64,000 nt of DNA from Candidatus Levyibacteriota bacterium (GTDB lineage Bacteria; Patescibacteriota; Microgenomatia; Levybacterales; UBA12049): the NCBI GenBank assembly GCA_016186625.1, contig JACPLG010000003.1, positions 9,645-73,644 of the forward strand, given 5' to 3'. Numbering within the stretch: position 1 is the stretch's first letter; the number at the start of each line of letters is the position of its first letter. Positions 36,817 to 45,532 of this stretch are shown here, piece after piece. The notes below the pieces were generated by a model, which was not told the origin of the DNA, ran no database searches, and was given only the letters and a program-made list of their open reading frames with translations. The position numbers were made by a program, and so were the translations under genes.

Positions 36817-39174
36817 CTAAGGCTGTTTGACAAAGGTTAGGTTCGAACGGGGATCTACGGAAGCTAGAATTTTATCTCCTCGGACAAATTCACCGGCGAG
36901 GATTTTTTTGGCAATCACATCTTCCGCCTTGTCCTGAATGTAGCGAGCAAGAGGCCGCGCGCCAAATTCTTCGTTATATCCCCCTTGGGCAATCTTCTCA
37001 ATTGAGGCTACGTCAAAATTAAGAATAATGTCTTGTGAGGCCATCCTGCTTGATAATTCAGTAAGTAAAAGTTTGGTGATCTGAGCAATCTCATAAGAAT
37101 TAAGTGGTTTAAAGAAAATAATATCATCAAATCTATTCAAAAGTTCGGGAGTAAAAATAGCATTCTTTTGAAGATAGTCTAAAAGTGTTCTGCTGTTAAG
37201 ATCAGCATTATAGACCAGACTTTCCCTAATAAACTCTGATCCGGCATTGCTTGTTGCAATAATAATGGCATTTGAGAATGAAATTGTTTTACCATTGTTA
37301 TCAGTAAGGCGTCCATCATCAAAGACCTGTAAAAACAGATTCAAGATCTTTTCATTCGCCTTCTCAAATTCATCAAGTAGAACCAGTGAAAAAGGATGTC
37401 TTGCAACTTTATCAAGAAAACTGCCGGATTCGGACTCAAGCAGTCGAGTGAGAGCGTCAGGATTTGCGTATTCGCTCATATCTGCCCTAATAATATGTGC
37501 CTCTCCTCCAAAATATATTCTGGCAAGGGTTTTGGCAGTTTCAGTTTTTCCAACACCTGTTGGGCCAAGAAATAAAAATGATATCGGTTTTTCCCGGGCA
37601 ATCCCTACCCTTATTCTTCGCATCGCCTCAGAAACTTGGCGAATTGCCTCATCCTGTCCAATAACAAACTTATGCATTTCATTTTCCAGATTCAAAAGAA
37701 GCATTTTTTCACCTGCTTTGGGACTTCCAATTGGGATATGGCTTTTTTGTTCAACCTTTTCAAGAATATCTTCCTCTAAAACAATTTTATTTCTATTTTT
37801 CCCCAAATAGACTGAGTTTGCCGTCTCTGTCAAGAGATCTACCGCTGATCCAGGAAGCGAACCGTTTGGATCAAATTTATCTGCATATTTAACTGCCGTA
37901 ACAACAGCTTTATAACTTAGGGTAACTTTATTTTGCTCTTCTATCTCTTCTGTTTTTTGAAACAGCATTTTTAAAGCTTCCTCAATGCTTGGGGCTTCCA
38001 GCTTTATAACCTCAAAAAACTCTCTAAGCGCATTATCTTCGAAAAATTGTTTATAGTTAGAATTAGTCATTGTTGCAATTATTGGCAATTTTCCATCTTT
38101 AAGGTATGGAAGAATTGCTCCGGAAAGCTCAATTCCGAAGGACTGGGAGCCTAAAATATTTTGAAACTCGGGAATATAAATAACTACATTTCCGGAATGT
38201 TTCACTTCATCAATTAGTGCTTGTAGTCTTTCTTCCAGTTCCTCTCTGTTTTTGGCACCTGCCACTAGTTGCCCCACCGCTAACTCTAAAAATCTTCGGT
38301 GATTAAGTTTTCGTGATAAATTCGCCTCATAACTATCATAGATAAAATCGTCCACCAAATTGCTTTTGCCAGTCCCAATATCTCCAACAAGAAGCACGTT
38401 ATTATTTTGGCTTTTTTGCATTGCCTCAAGTAACGTTTGGTATTCCCTCTCTCTTCCCTCAACAAATGATTTTCGCCTCACATTTGAGAAGGTTAGGTCC
38501 TTAGTGTATTTTTTTGTTTCAGGAGTCCAGCCGTATACAAGAGTTTCAGCAAATCCAATTCCTACAAATCTGGCTTTTGTTTCCTTAGGCCTTTCTTCCT
38601 CATAAATTACCCTCCCCCAATGATTGATATTTAAAACATCTATTTCTTTTAATTTACTATCAAAAAGAAGTTTCGTCTGCTCTTCAGTAATGAGTAAATA
38701 TGCGCTAATTAAATCTATGGAGGTTACAAATTTACCATTAAGTCTTCTTGCAGTATCATATGCCTTCCTTGACAGTTCTATTTGAGAAACGCTTAAAATT
38801 TTTATATTTTTTCTATCAATAGCTGCTTTTTCCAAAAAGAATTTTACCTGTGGAAGTTTAAATAAATAATTTAAGATAGAGCCGGCGTCTTTTTTAAAAA
38901 GGGCTGACATTAAAGCCTGTTTTGTGAAAGAATTATAGGGATCTTGAGGATTTTCAGAAACTGAAGACAGCGGATTAATTCTCCCTAATTCATATTTAAT
39001 AAATATATGAATTATTAAACTAAGCGATAAAAGGAATAATGGAAATTTAGGAAAAGAGCCTCCGGCCAGTTGATAAAAAACCCATATTAATAGGCCGTTA
39101 ACGGCGACTAGTCGAAACAGTATAAAAACTGCTGAGTTATAAATTAAAGATATTCTTATTTTTTCGTCTCTCAT
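36817..39174 (-). CDS. Clp/Hsp100-type double-AAA+ ATPase with N-terminal transmembrane segments in place of the Clp N-domain
   Basis: Walker A1 LLVGDIGTGKSNL; Walker A2 LFLGPTGVGKTETAKTLA; ClpB/ClpC-like sensor regions; two N-terminal hydrophobic helices. Confidence 0.7.
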   Translation of the reverse strand: MRDEKIRISLIYNSAVFILFRLVAVNGLLIWVFYQLAGGSFPKFPLFLLSLSLIIHIFIKYELGRINPLSSVSENPQDPYNSFTKQALMSALFKKDAGSILNYLFKLPQVKFFLEKAAIDRKNIKILSVSQIELSRKAYDTARRLNGKFVTSIDLISAYLLITEEQTKLLFDSKLKEIDVLNINHWGRVIYEEERPKETKARFVGIGFAETLVYGWTPETKKYTKDLTFSNVRRKSFVEGREREYQTLLEAMQKSQNNNVLLVGDIGTGKSNLVDDFIYDSYEANLSRKLNHRRFLELAVGQLVAGAKNREELEERLQALIDEVKHSGNVVIYIPEFQNILGSQSFGIELSGAILPYLKDGKLPIIATMTNSNYKQFFEDNALREFFEVIKLEAPSIEEALKMLFQKTEEIEEQNKVTLSYKAVVTAVKYADKFDPNGSLPGSAVDLLTETANSVYLGKNRNKIVLEEDILEKVEQKSHIPIGSPKAGEKMLLLNLENEMHKFVIGQDEAIRQVSEAMRRIRVGIAREKPISFLFLGPTGVGKTETAKTLARIYFGGEAHIIRADMSEYANPDALTRLLESESGSFLDKVARHPFSLVLLDEFEKANEKILNLFLQVFDDGRLTDNNGKTISFSNAIIIATSNAGSEFIRESLVYNADLNSRTLLDYLQKNAIFTPELLNRFDDIIFFKPLNSYEIAQITKLLLTELSSRMASQDIILNFDVASIEKIAQGGYNEEFGARPLARYIQDKAEDVIAKKILAGEFVRGDKILASVDPRSNLTFVKQP

Positions 39175-39191
39175 CTAATAAATCCAGCATC

Positions 39192-39533
39192 TTAGAAAGG
39201 TGCTTGGATAAAAGGTATAAAAAGAGTTATAACTGGCCACCACAGAAAAAGAGCCAAGAGGCTCAGTTCCACAAAAATAACAAAAATGAAAATTATCAAA
39301 TCTACAAGGATAAGAATACTTTTTATAAATATTCCCATCCCTATTGAAAAAGCAACAAGACCTTTGCGGTATTCGTTTTTTAATGGCTTAAAAAAAGTTC
39401 TGACCATCAGAGGAAGAGAAAGAATTTGCAAGACTGCGTGATTAACAGATCCAAAATATTTAACAAGTCTAAGAGGCGAATCTATATACCAAAATTTGAT
39501 AAATAAGGTAGGTATGGACAGATACAAATTCAT
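39192..39533 (-). CDS. Small membrane protein
   Basis: ORF track; hydrophobic. Confidence 0.35.
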   Translation of the reverse strand: MNLYLSIPTLFIKFWYIDSPLRLVKYFGSVNHAVLQILSLPLMVRTFFKPLKNEYRKGLVAFSIGMGIFIKSILILVDLIIFIFVIFVELSLLALFLWWPVITLFIPFIQAPF

Positions 39534-39600
39534 TAACTACACCCTAAACGCTATACGCTAAACCCTAGGGCAATCTAAGTATAAGAACTTGAGGCCAAAA

Positions 39601-40674
39601 TTACAAATTATTTTTTATTTCTTGTGCTAATAATGGATTCCACATGGCTCCGGTTGCGCTCATTACTGCGTCTGCACCTCCCAATCGATATTCAAAATAA
39701 TCATTGGGGTCAGTTACTCCTCCTACTCCAATAATGGCAAACCGCAAACCCAACTCCTCACGAATACTTTTAAGCCTTCGTACCATTTCAAGCCCTGCCC
39801 ATTTAATAGGATGGCCACAGACTCCAGATCTTAAACGATTTTCTCCGGGAAGTGCCTGCTCACCCTTTTCATTATAAATTCTTGCAGGAATTGTATTAAT
39901 TGCTGAAATGCCCTCAACTGTTTTACCAACCAGGAGAACAAGTTTTTCAAGTCGTTTCGGGTCATCAAAGTATGCAATTTTTATTATTAAAGGTGTATTT
40001 CCGATCTCATTTTTTATTACCTCAACAATTTCCCTAGTTCTTGGTAAGTCGAAACAAAGAAGATGCGCTGATCCTTCATTTGGACAAGACAAATTGACTT
40101 CTAAAGCTTTTGCTCCGGTTTCCTTAACCAAACGCGCTGCTAGTACGAAGTCTTTAATATAATTTTTGACATCCCCTTTTGAGTTAGTTGTTCCCTGAAA
40201 ACTTCCGACTACTATTTGTCCCGGCTTTGCATGTTTTACGGCTTTTGCCATGTCTTTTTGCCAAATATCTGGATCATAAGACGGTACACCAAATGAATTT
40301 GTAATTGCAATTGGAGGAGTATATTTATTTATTCCTATCAAGCCCTTATCCGCTTGTTTCAATGTTAAATTTCCGCGTACTTTTACAGCCAAAACATTTG
40401 GCCACTCATTGCAAGTGTGAGGACGAGTTCTGACAGTTTTATAGCTAGTAATATCAAACCCTTTATCTAAAGCCGCATTGACAAATTTTGAATTTAAAAG
40501 TGGACCAGCGGGGATTCCGAAAGGTGTATAGATCGGGATCCCAAAAAGATAGTGATCCGGCTTTCCTTTTTCTTTATATTTTCTTTTATTTACAAACTCT
40601 CCAAATGGTCCTTTTTCATAATTTTCATAGTAAGATTTATTTGGGTCAAAAAATGGAGTACGCAACATTTGCAA
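39601..40674 (-). CDS. pyrD: Dihydroorotate dehydrogenase (class 1, Cys active site)
   Basis: ITNSFGVPS; NLSCPN (catalytic Cys); GVGGVTDPNDYFEYRLGGADAVMSATG (FMN-binding). Adjacent to pyrC. Confidence 0.75.
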   Translation of the reverse strand: MQMLRTPFFDPNKSYYENYEKGPFGEFVNKRKYKEKGKPDHYLFGIPIYTPFGIPAGPLLNSKFVNAALDKGFDITSYKTVRTRPHTCNEWPNVLAVKVRGNLTLKQADKGLIGINKYTPPIAITNSFGVPSYDPDIWQKDMAKAVKHAKPGQIVVGSFQGTTNSKGDVKNYIKDFVLAARLVKETGAKALEVNLSCPNEGSAHLLCFDLPRTREIVEVIKNEIGNTPLIIKIAYFDDPKRLEKLVLLVGKTVEGISAINTIPARIYNEKGEQALPGENRLRSGVCGHPIKWAGLEMVRRLKSIREELGLRFAIIGVGGVTDPNDYFEYRLGGADAVMSATGAMWNPLLAQEIKNNL

Positions 40675-40676
40675 AA

Positions 40677-41711
40677 TTATAACACTTTTGTTGATCCGGG
40701 TTTGGCCAAGACTTTTCCGTTGTCAAAGACTAATCTATTCCTGATATAAACTTTCCTTACTCTGCCTTTTAGTTTCCAGCCTTCAAACGGTGACCATTTG
40801 CATTTTGTGAAGAGTTTCGAACCCTCTACTATCCATTCTTGGTTTTCATCCACTTCGATCCGAGCATTTTGTTTAATACCGAATAATTTTGCCGGCCCGT
40901 CATAACAAAGGCGTTTTATTTCTTTAATCGACAAACAATCCTGCGATACTGCTCGAAGAAGTAAACCTAAAGTAGTTTCAAGTCCGGGAACTCCAAACGG
41001 CGGTTGTTTCGAACGTTTTTCAGAGGCGATATGCGGTGCGTGATCTGATTCTATGCAATCTACCCATTTTAAATTTTTCCATACAAACTCTGAAAAGGCA
41101 TCATCAATTCGGGGTTTCATGAGGCCAAACGTTCCCAATTTCTTAATATCTTTTTTTGTGAGAAATAAATGATGGGGAGTAACACCACAGGTTATTGGTA
41201 AACCGGCTTTTTTTGCTTTTATTATTTTTTGGAGACTTTCTATTGTTGAGACATGACAAACATGCGTTTTCTTTTTTGTTTTTTTGCAAACATCAATTAC
41301 CAGATCAATAACATCTTCCTCCGCGTGGACTAAGATAGGTTTGTTAATATTATAAGCTTCATAAATTTTTATCAAACTTTTTTTATTAATAATAAAATTC
41401 CCAGTTGTTTTATTTAGAAAAAGTTTCAAACCAAACACTTGGTTTCGAACTTTTGCAAATTCTTCTAAATTATCTCCAAGCGAACCGAAATAAAATCCAA
41501 TGTCAGCAACTATTTGTTTCCTGGCAATTTCTTTTTTTTCTTTTAGAAGTTTTGAGGTTGTTATCGGAATAGCATTGTTTGGCATATCGATTACAAACGT
41601 GTAACCGCCAGCAAGTGCTGCTGAAGTTCCTGTTAAAAAATCTTCCTTATGCGTTTGTCCCGGAGTTCGCAGATGCACATGAGGATCAATAAGCCCTGGT
41701 AAAGTAATCAT
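40677..41711 (-). CDS. pyrC: Dihydroorotase
   Basis: LPGLIDPHVHLRTPG (HxH metal site); amidohydrolase fold. Confidence 0.8.
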   Translation of the reverse strand: MITLPGLIDPHVHLRTPGQTHKEDFLTGTSAALAGGYTFVIDMPNNAIPITTSKLLKEKKEIARKQIVADIGFYFGSLGDNLEEFAKVRNQVFGLKLFLNKTTGNFIINKKSLIKIYEAYNINKPILVHAEEDVIDLVIDVCKKTKKKTHVCHVSTIESLQKIIKAKKAGLPITCGVTPHHLFLTKKDIKKLGTFGLMKPRIDDAFSEFVWKNLKWVDCIESDHAPHIASEKRSKQPPFGVPGLETTLGLLLRAVSQDCLSIKEIKRLCYDGPAKLFGIKQNARIEVDENQEWIVEGSKLFTKCKWSPFEGWKLKGRVRKVYIRNRLVFDNGKVLAKPGSTKVL

Positions 41712-42277
41712 TTTAATTTTTTCTTAATATACTCTATTGCATCATTTGGAGTATCTGCGAAATAGAATAGATCCTCATCCAACGGATGGCCAAGAGATGA
41801 TTCCAAAAAACCTTCGTCTTTCATTTTTTGGAGTTGAATCTTTAAACCATTATAAAAATTGTCAGTATTTAAAAATATAATTGGTTTATTATGGTGTTTT
41901 GTTTTCTTAAGTTCAATAATTTCAGTTATCTCGTCCAGTGTTCCTATCCCGCCAACCAAGGCAATAATCGCGTTTGACCGCTCAAGCATTGCTGCTTTTC
42001 GCTCGCCCAAAGATTTGGCAATAATCATCTCATCTGCGTCCTTTCTTGCCAAATGCTGAAAAACTCCATGAGATACCCCATGCAATTTTCCTCCGCCATT
42101 CTTCACTTCATCAGCAATTACTTTCATTAGTCCCTCATCCGTTCCTCCCCAGACAAGATGATATTTATTTTTTGCGAGTAATTCTCCAAATTCCGTAGCA
42201 GCCTTTACATACTTTTCATCAACATTTTGTGCAGAGCAAAAAACAGCAATATATTTCATAGTTCTTTTTTTGCCCAA
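41708..42277 (-). CDS. LOG family protein (cytokinin riboside 5'-monophosphate phosphoribohydrolase-like, TIGR00730)
   Basis: VWGGTDEGLMKVIADEV...ERKAAMLERSNAIIALVGGIGTLDEITE is the LOG PGGxGTxxE motif. Confidence 0.8.
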   Translation of the reverse strand: MGKKRTMKYIAVFCSAQNVDEKYVKAATEFGELLAKNKYHLVWGGTDEGLMKVIADEVKNGGGKLHGVSHGVFQHLARKDADEMIIAKSLGERKAAMLERSNAIIALVGGIGTLDEITEIIELKKTKHHNKPIIFLNTDNFYNGLKIQLQKMKDEGFLESSLGHPLDEDLFYFADTPNDAIEYIKKKLK

Positions 42278-42564
42278 TTTTCTACATCTTTTGTAGTTTG
42301 ATTTACCAGAAGCGACGTTAGAACAAAGGTTTTATAACTATGCAATTTCTTAACCTCACTATTTATTTTTTCAAAATTTTCCGCAACAGAATCCATTATT
42401 AATAAGATCTCCTCCGAAGATTTGATTTTCTTCTCCCAAAGAAATGATGAAGAGACAGGAAGTTTTTTTGCGCAGACTATTAATTTTTCCTTAAGAAGAG
42501 TATTGGCAATTTTGTCCGCTTCCTTCTCATTTGCACAAGTCAAAAGAAGAACGATCATTTGCAT
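42256..42564 (-). CDS. cutA: Divalent-cation tolerance protein CutA
   Basis: CutA1 fold signature (LLTCANEKEADKIANTLLKEKLIVCAKK...SSFLWEKKI). Confidence 0.7.
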   Translation of the reverse strand: MQMIVLLLTCANEKEADKIANTLLKEKLIVCAKKLPVSSSFLWEKKIKSSEEILLIMDSVAENFEKINSEVKKLHSYKTFVLTSLLVNQTTKDVENWAKKEL

Positions 42565-42570
42565 GCGCCA

Positions 42571-42576
42571 ATTATA
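42571..42576 (-). promoter_or_regulatory. -10 hexamer TATAAT 6 nt upstream of the cutA ATG (leaderless-type)
   Basis: Minus strand reads tataattggcgcATG. Confidence 0.4.
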
Positions 42577-42623
42577 ACAAAAGTATTTTAGAAAATTTGT
42601 TATAAAGTTTTCTCAGTACAACA

Positions 42624-42728
42624 CTACGCTATAGCATATCATTGTAATTTGATATTTTATGTTTAGATTGATCTAAAACGAGAAAATTAAATCATCACAA
42701 ATTTTGCTCGAGCAAAATTTTCGTGGAG
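42624..42728. repeat. Copy 1 of a ~105-bp direct repeat (about 93% identical to 44110-44213); contains the perfect 22-bp palindrome AAATTTTGCTCGAGCAAAATTT (42699-42720)
   Basis: Aligned by eye: 7 mismatches over ~105 bp; the 49-bp core is identical. Confidence 0.85.
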
Positions 42729-42740
42729 TTAAAGGAGAGT

Positions 42741-43247
42741 TTACCCTCTTATTTTATCTGCAAGCTTTGCTAATTCTTTATCTGGAGCTCTTTTGTAGTC
42801 GTGTGAAGAGATATATCCTTCATATTTTTCAAAATATTTATCTACATTAGATTTAATTTCTTGCCATTTTTTCATATCAGCGGTTCCGTGCATTGGGAAA
42901 AGTTTGGCATGAACATGATCCACTCCAAAACCTTCAAAAATCATTCCAGTTCTACCAACTCCTTCTAATTTATTGTCGAGAAGCCTTCCAACTTTCTGTG
43001 AAGCCAAAACAAGATCAATCAAAACATTTCTAGGTAAATCAAAAGCATAGCTTGCATAATGTTTTTTAGGAATAACAACAGTGAAACCTTTTGTGTTGGG
43101 AAAAATAGAAAGGAAGGCTATATGTTTTTCATCTTCCCAGATTTTATGGGATGGGGCTTCTCCATTTACAATCTTACAAAAAATACAATCTTTCACCTCG
43201 CCAATTATAGCCCTTCGGCTTCGCTCAGGGCAAGCACCCCACTTCAC
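42741..43247 (-). CDS. HIT (histidine triad)-like nucleotide hydrolase, H-x-H-x-K variant; the true start may be the GTG at 43196
   Basis: CIFCKIVNGE...GVDHVHAKLFP is a HIT-like motif with Lys at the third His position. The N-terminal 17 aa of the track ORF come from a GC-rich leader segment. Confidence 0.65.
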   Translation of the reverse strand: MKWGACPERSRRAIIGEVKDCIFCKIVNGEAPSHKIWEDEKHIAFLSIFPNTKGFTVVIPKKHYASYAFDLPRNVLIDLVLASQKVGRLLDNKLEGVGRTGMIFEGFGVDHVHAKLFPMHGTADMKKWQEIKSNVDKYFEKYEGYISSHDYKRAPDKELAKLADKIRG

Positions 43248-43300
43248 TTCGGTTTCACTCAGTGTAAACGCCGAGGGCTACGAGGGGCAGGGGAAGAAAA

Positions 43301-44047
43301 TTATTCGAAGAGCGGATGTCCTGGAAGAATTATCCTATCCCCTGTTTTTAGTTGATTTTTAATCCTAGTATAAGCCGATTGGTTGAGAAATCTAAGACTC
43401 TTGTAAATCATCTCTTGATCAATAGTCTTTCCATTTCTTACATCCATAGCATGATTAATAACTATTGATCCATTAACATCAAGGAATTTTAATTTTTTAG
43501 ACTCCACGTATATATCTTTATGAGTTAGCGGGAATTTACCAGACTCCAGTATCACCAAAGCTCTTGCGGCAAATAAAACAGCTTTTGAAAACTGTATGGA
43601 TGCTGTGACTAAATCATTTTTTCTGGCGGAAAGTAAAGCGCCAAGTGCGTAGGATGTTTCAAAGATAATTACTTCAATTAAATCAGATAGTTTAATTTGA
43701 GGAGACTTTAGCTTTCGTATAATATTTTCTCCTGCAATTGTAATTGATTCTTCAACCAATTCTTTTAAATAAACTGCCTTAGGAAAAGGAGTATCAATTA
43801 TGTACCGCTCAATTTCTTCCAAAACAAACGAGTAAATATTAATATTTGGATTGTTGTGAAGTTGGGCTAGCTTAATACGCTCCCATCTCTTAGTTTTACT
43901 AAAAATAACTCCGACTTCATAATCACTGTCCTCTTTAAAATCATCTCTGGCTCTAGATCCATAAACAAAAATTGAAACAGGCTTAGCTTCTTTCTCAATT
44001 TTATCAATTACAGAAAGTATATCTTTTGGAAAATCTGTTTTTTTCAT
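43301..44047 (-). CDS. Pol-beta superfamily nucleotidyltransferase (MNT-like) with C-terminal helical domain
   Basis: IFVYGSRARDDFKEDSDYEVGVIF carries the GS...D.D NTase motif. Start placed at the ATG directly after TATAATTGGCGA; the track ORF extends to 44128 through the repeat. Confidence 0.65.
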   Translation of the reverse strand: MKKTDFPKDILSVIDKIEKEAKPVSIFVYGSRARDDFKEDSDYEVGVIFSKTKRWERIKLAQLHNNPNINIYSFVLEEIERYIIDTPFPKAVYLKELVEESITIAGENIIRKLKSPQIKLSDLIEVIIFETSYALGALLSARKNDLVTASIQFSKAVLFAARALVILESGKFPLTHKDIYVESKKLKFLDVNGSIVINHAMDVRNGKTIDQEMIYKSLRFLNQSAYTRIKNQLKTGDRIILPGHPLFE

Positions 44048-44053
44048 TCGCCA

Positions 44054-44059
44054 ATTATA
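44054..44059 (-). promoter_or_regulatory. -10 hexamer TATAAT 6 nt upstream of the nucleotidyltransferase ATG (leaderless-type); same architecture as cutA
   Basis: Minus strand reads tataattggcgaATG. Confidence 0.4.
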
Positions 44060-44109
44060 GCAGAAGTGCTTGAAACATTTGTCTTGGGAGACTTTCTCTT
44101 GGTACAAGC

Positions 44110-44213
44110 CTACGCTATAGCGTATCATTGTAATTTTATATTTTATGTTCAGGTGGTCTAAAACGAGAAAATTAAATCATCACAAATTTTGCTCGAGCAA
44201 AATTTGCGTGGAG
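44110..44213. repeat. Copy 2 of the ~105-bp direct repeat; palindrome at 44184-44205
   Basis: See copy 1. Confidence 0.85.
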
Positions 44214-44501
44214 GGAGAATAGATTTATTAAATACTTCAATACTTTAAAGTAATGAAGTATTCCATTTATAAGTTCCTTTTTTGTGGAATGGTTAAGCGG
44301 TATAATATAGGTATGGATTTACTAAAACCAATTAAAGTCGATGGTGTGCACCCCAGGTTTACACCCCGGGGGTGGATTTTCCTTTACACCCTAGGATTGA
44401 TAATATAGAAAGAATTAGAACCAGCCTTTTCTTTTCGCCCTCAAACTTTCTGAATCTTCCTTCCCACTTGGAATGTGGGAAGGTAGTTTTGAGTACTAGT
44501 A

Positions 44502-45389
44502 CTAGAACCAGCTGCGTTTTTTAGAGTTATCAAACTCGCGAAGCAATTCTTTTTGGCGGGAGGAAAGATTTTTAGGAACTGTAACTTTTATTTGGACATA
44601 GTGATCTCCTTTGCCAGTTCCGCGAACATGAGAAATTCCTTTTTGGCTCAATCGAATAACTGTATTTGGCTGTGTCCCTCCCGGTATCCTAAGTTTTACT
44701 TCCCCCTCAACTGTTTCAACATTAATCTCAGTCCCCAAGGCAGCCTGGGCAAAACTAATTTCCTCTTCTGTAACAACATCGTATCCTTCTCTTCTAAACT
44801 TAGAATGGGGACGAACTTCAATAAGAACATCATAATCTCCAAAACGGACACGCGAACCATTATCAACTCCGGGTGGAATTTTTACAGTTTGGTTTTTACC
44901 TTCAACAGAAATTCTCTTCGTCACCCCTTTTACAGCTTCCATAAAATCGATTTGCAAAGAGTAGACAGGGCGTCTTTGTGCCCGGCCAAAAGGTGAAGCG
45001 CCGCCAAAGAATTGTTCGAATATTTCAAACGGGTCTGAAAACCCGCCAAAGTCAAACCCGCCGCCGTTACCCGATGTTGTGTAAGTGTATGTAAACGGCC
45101 CGTATTGACCTGTTTGCGTTCCACCAAAAGGACCACCAGCTCCAAAAGGTCCTTGACCTGCTCCTTGTTCAAATGCGGCGTGACCAAACTGATCATAGGC
45201 TTGTCTTTTTTGCGGATCCGACAAAACCTCATAGGCTTTTGTTACCTCTTTAAATTTTTCCTCCGAGGCTTTATCCCCTTTATTCCTGTCAGGATGATGC
45301 TGCAGGGCAAGCTTACGATATGCTTTTTTTATTTCAACATCCGTTGCGCTTTTTGTAATTCCTAAAACTTGATAATAATCTTTGTTCAT
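44502..45389 (-). CDS. dnaJ: DnaJ-class co-chaperone (J domain, G/F-rich, C-terminal domains; no Cys-rich zinc finger, CbpA-like)
   Basis: DYYQVLGITKSATDVEIKKAYRKLALQHHPDRN (J domain with HPD). Confidence 0.8.
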   Translation of the reverse strand: MNKDYYQVLGITKSATDVEIKKAYRKLALQHHPDRNKGDKASEEKFKEVTKAYEVLSDPQKRQAYDQFGHAAFEQGAGQGPFGAGGPFGGTQTGQYGPFTYTYTTSGNGGGFDFGGFSDPFEIFEQFFGGASPFGRAQRRPVYSLQIDFMEAVKGVTKRISVEGKNQTVKIPPGVDNGSRVRFGDYDVLIEVRPHSKFRREGYDVVTEEEISFAQAALGTEINVETVEGEVKLRIPGGTQPNTVIRLSQKGISHVRGTGKGDHYVQIKVTVPKNLSSRQKELLREFDNSKKRSWF

Positions 45390-45532
45390 AAATTAGTTAT
45401 TAGATACTAGTTAATAGATATTAGTCTCACCGCTAATTATATAATACTTGCGCGGGAAGCTGGTGAAATTTTCGCAGGACGACAAGCGAATTGCGTGTCC
45501 AAGAAAATTTTACTAGCGACCTCAGCGCTTTC

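Noticed and set aside
36780-36870. tRNA-like GGTTCGAAC motif
   Set aside because: It lies inside the 3' end of the Clp-type ATPase CDS and cannot be folded into a cloverleaf with a 7-nt T-loop and acceptor stem.
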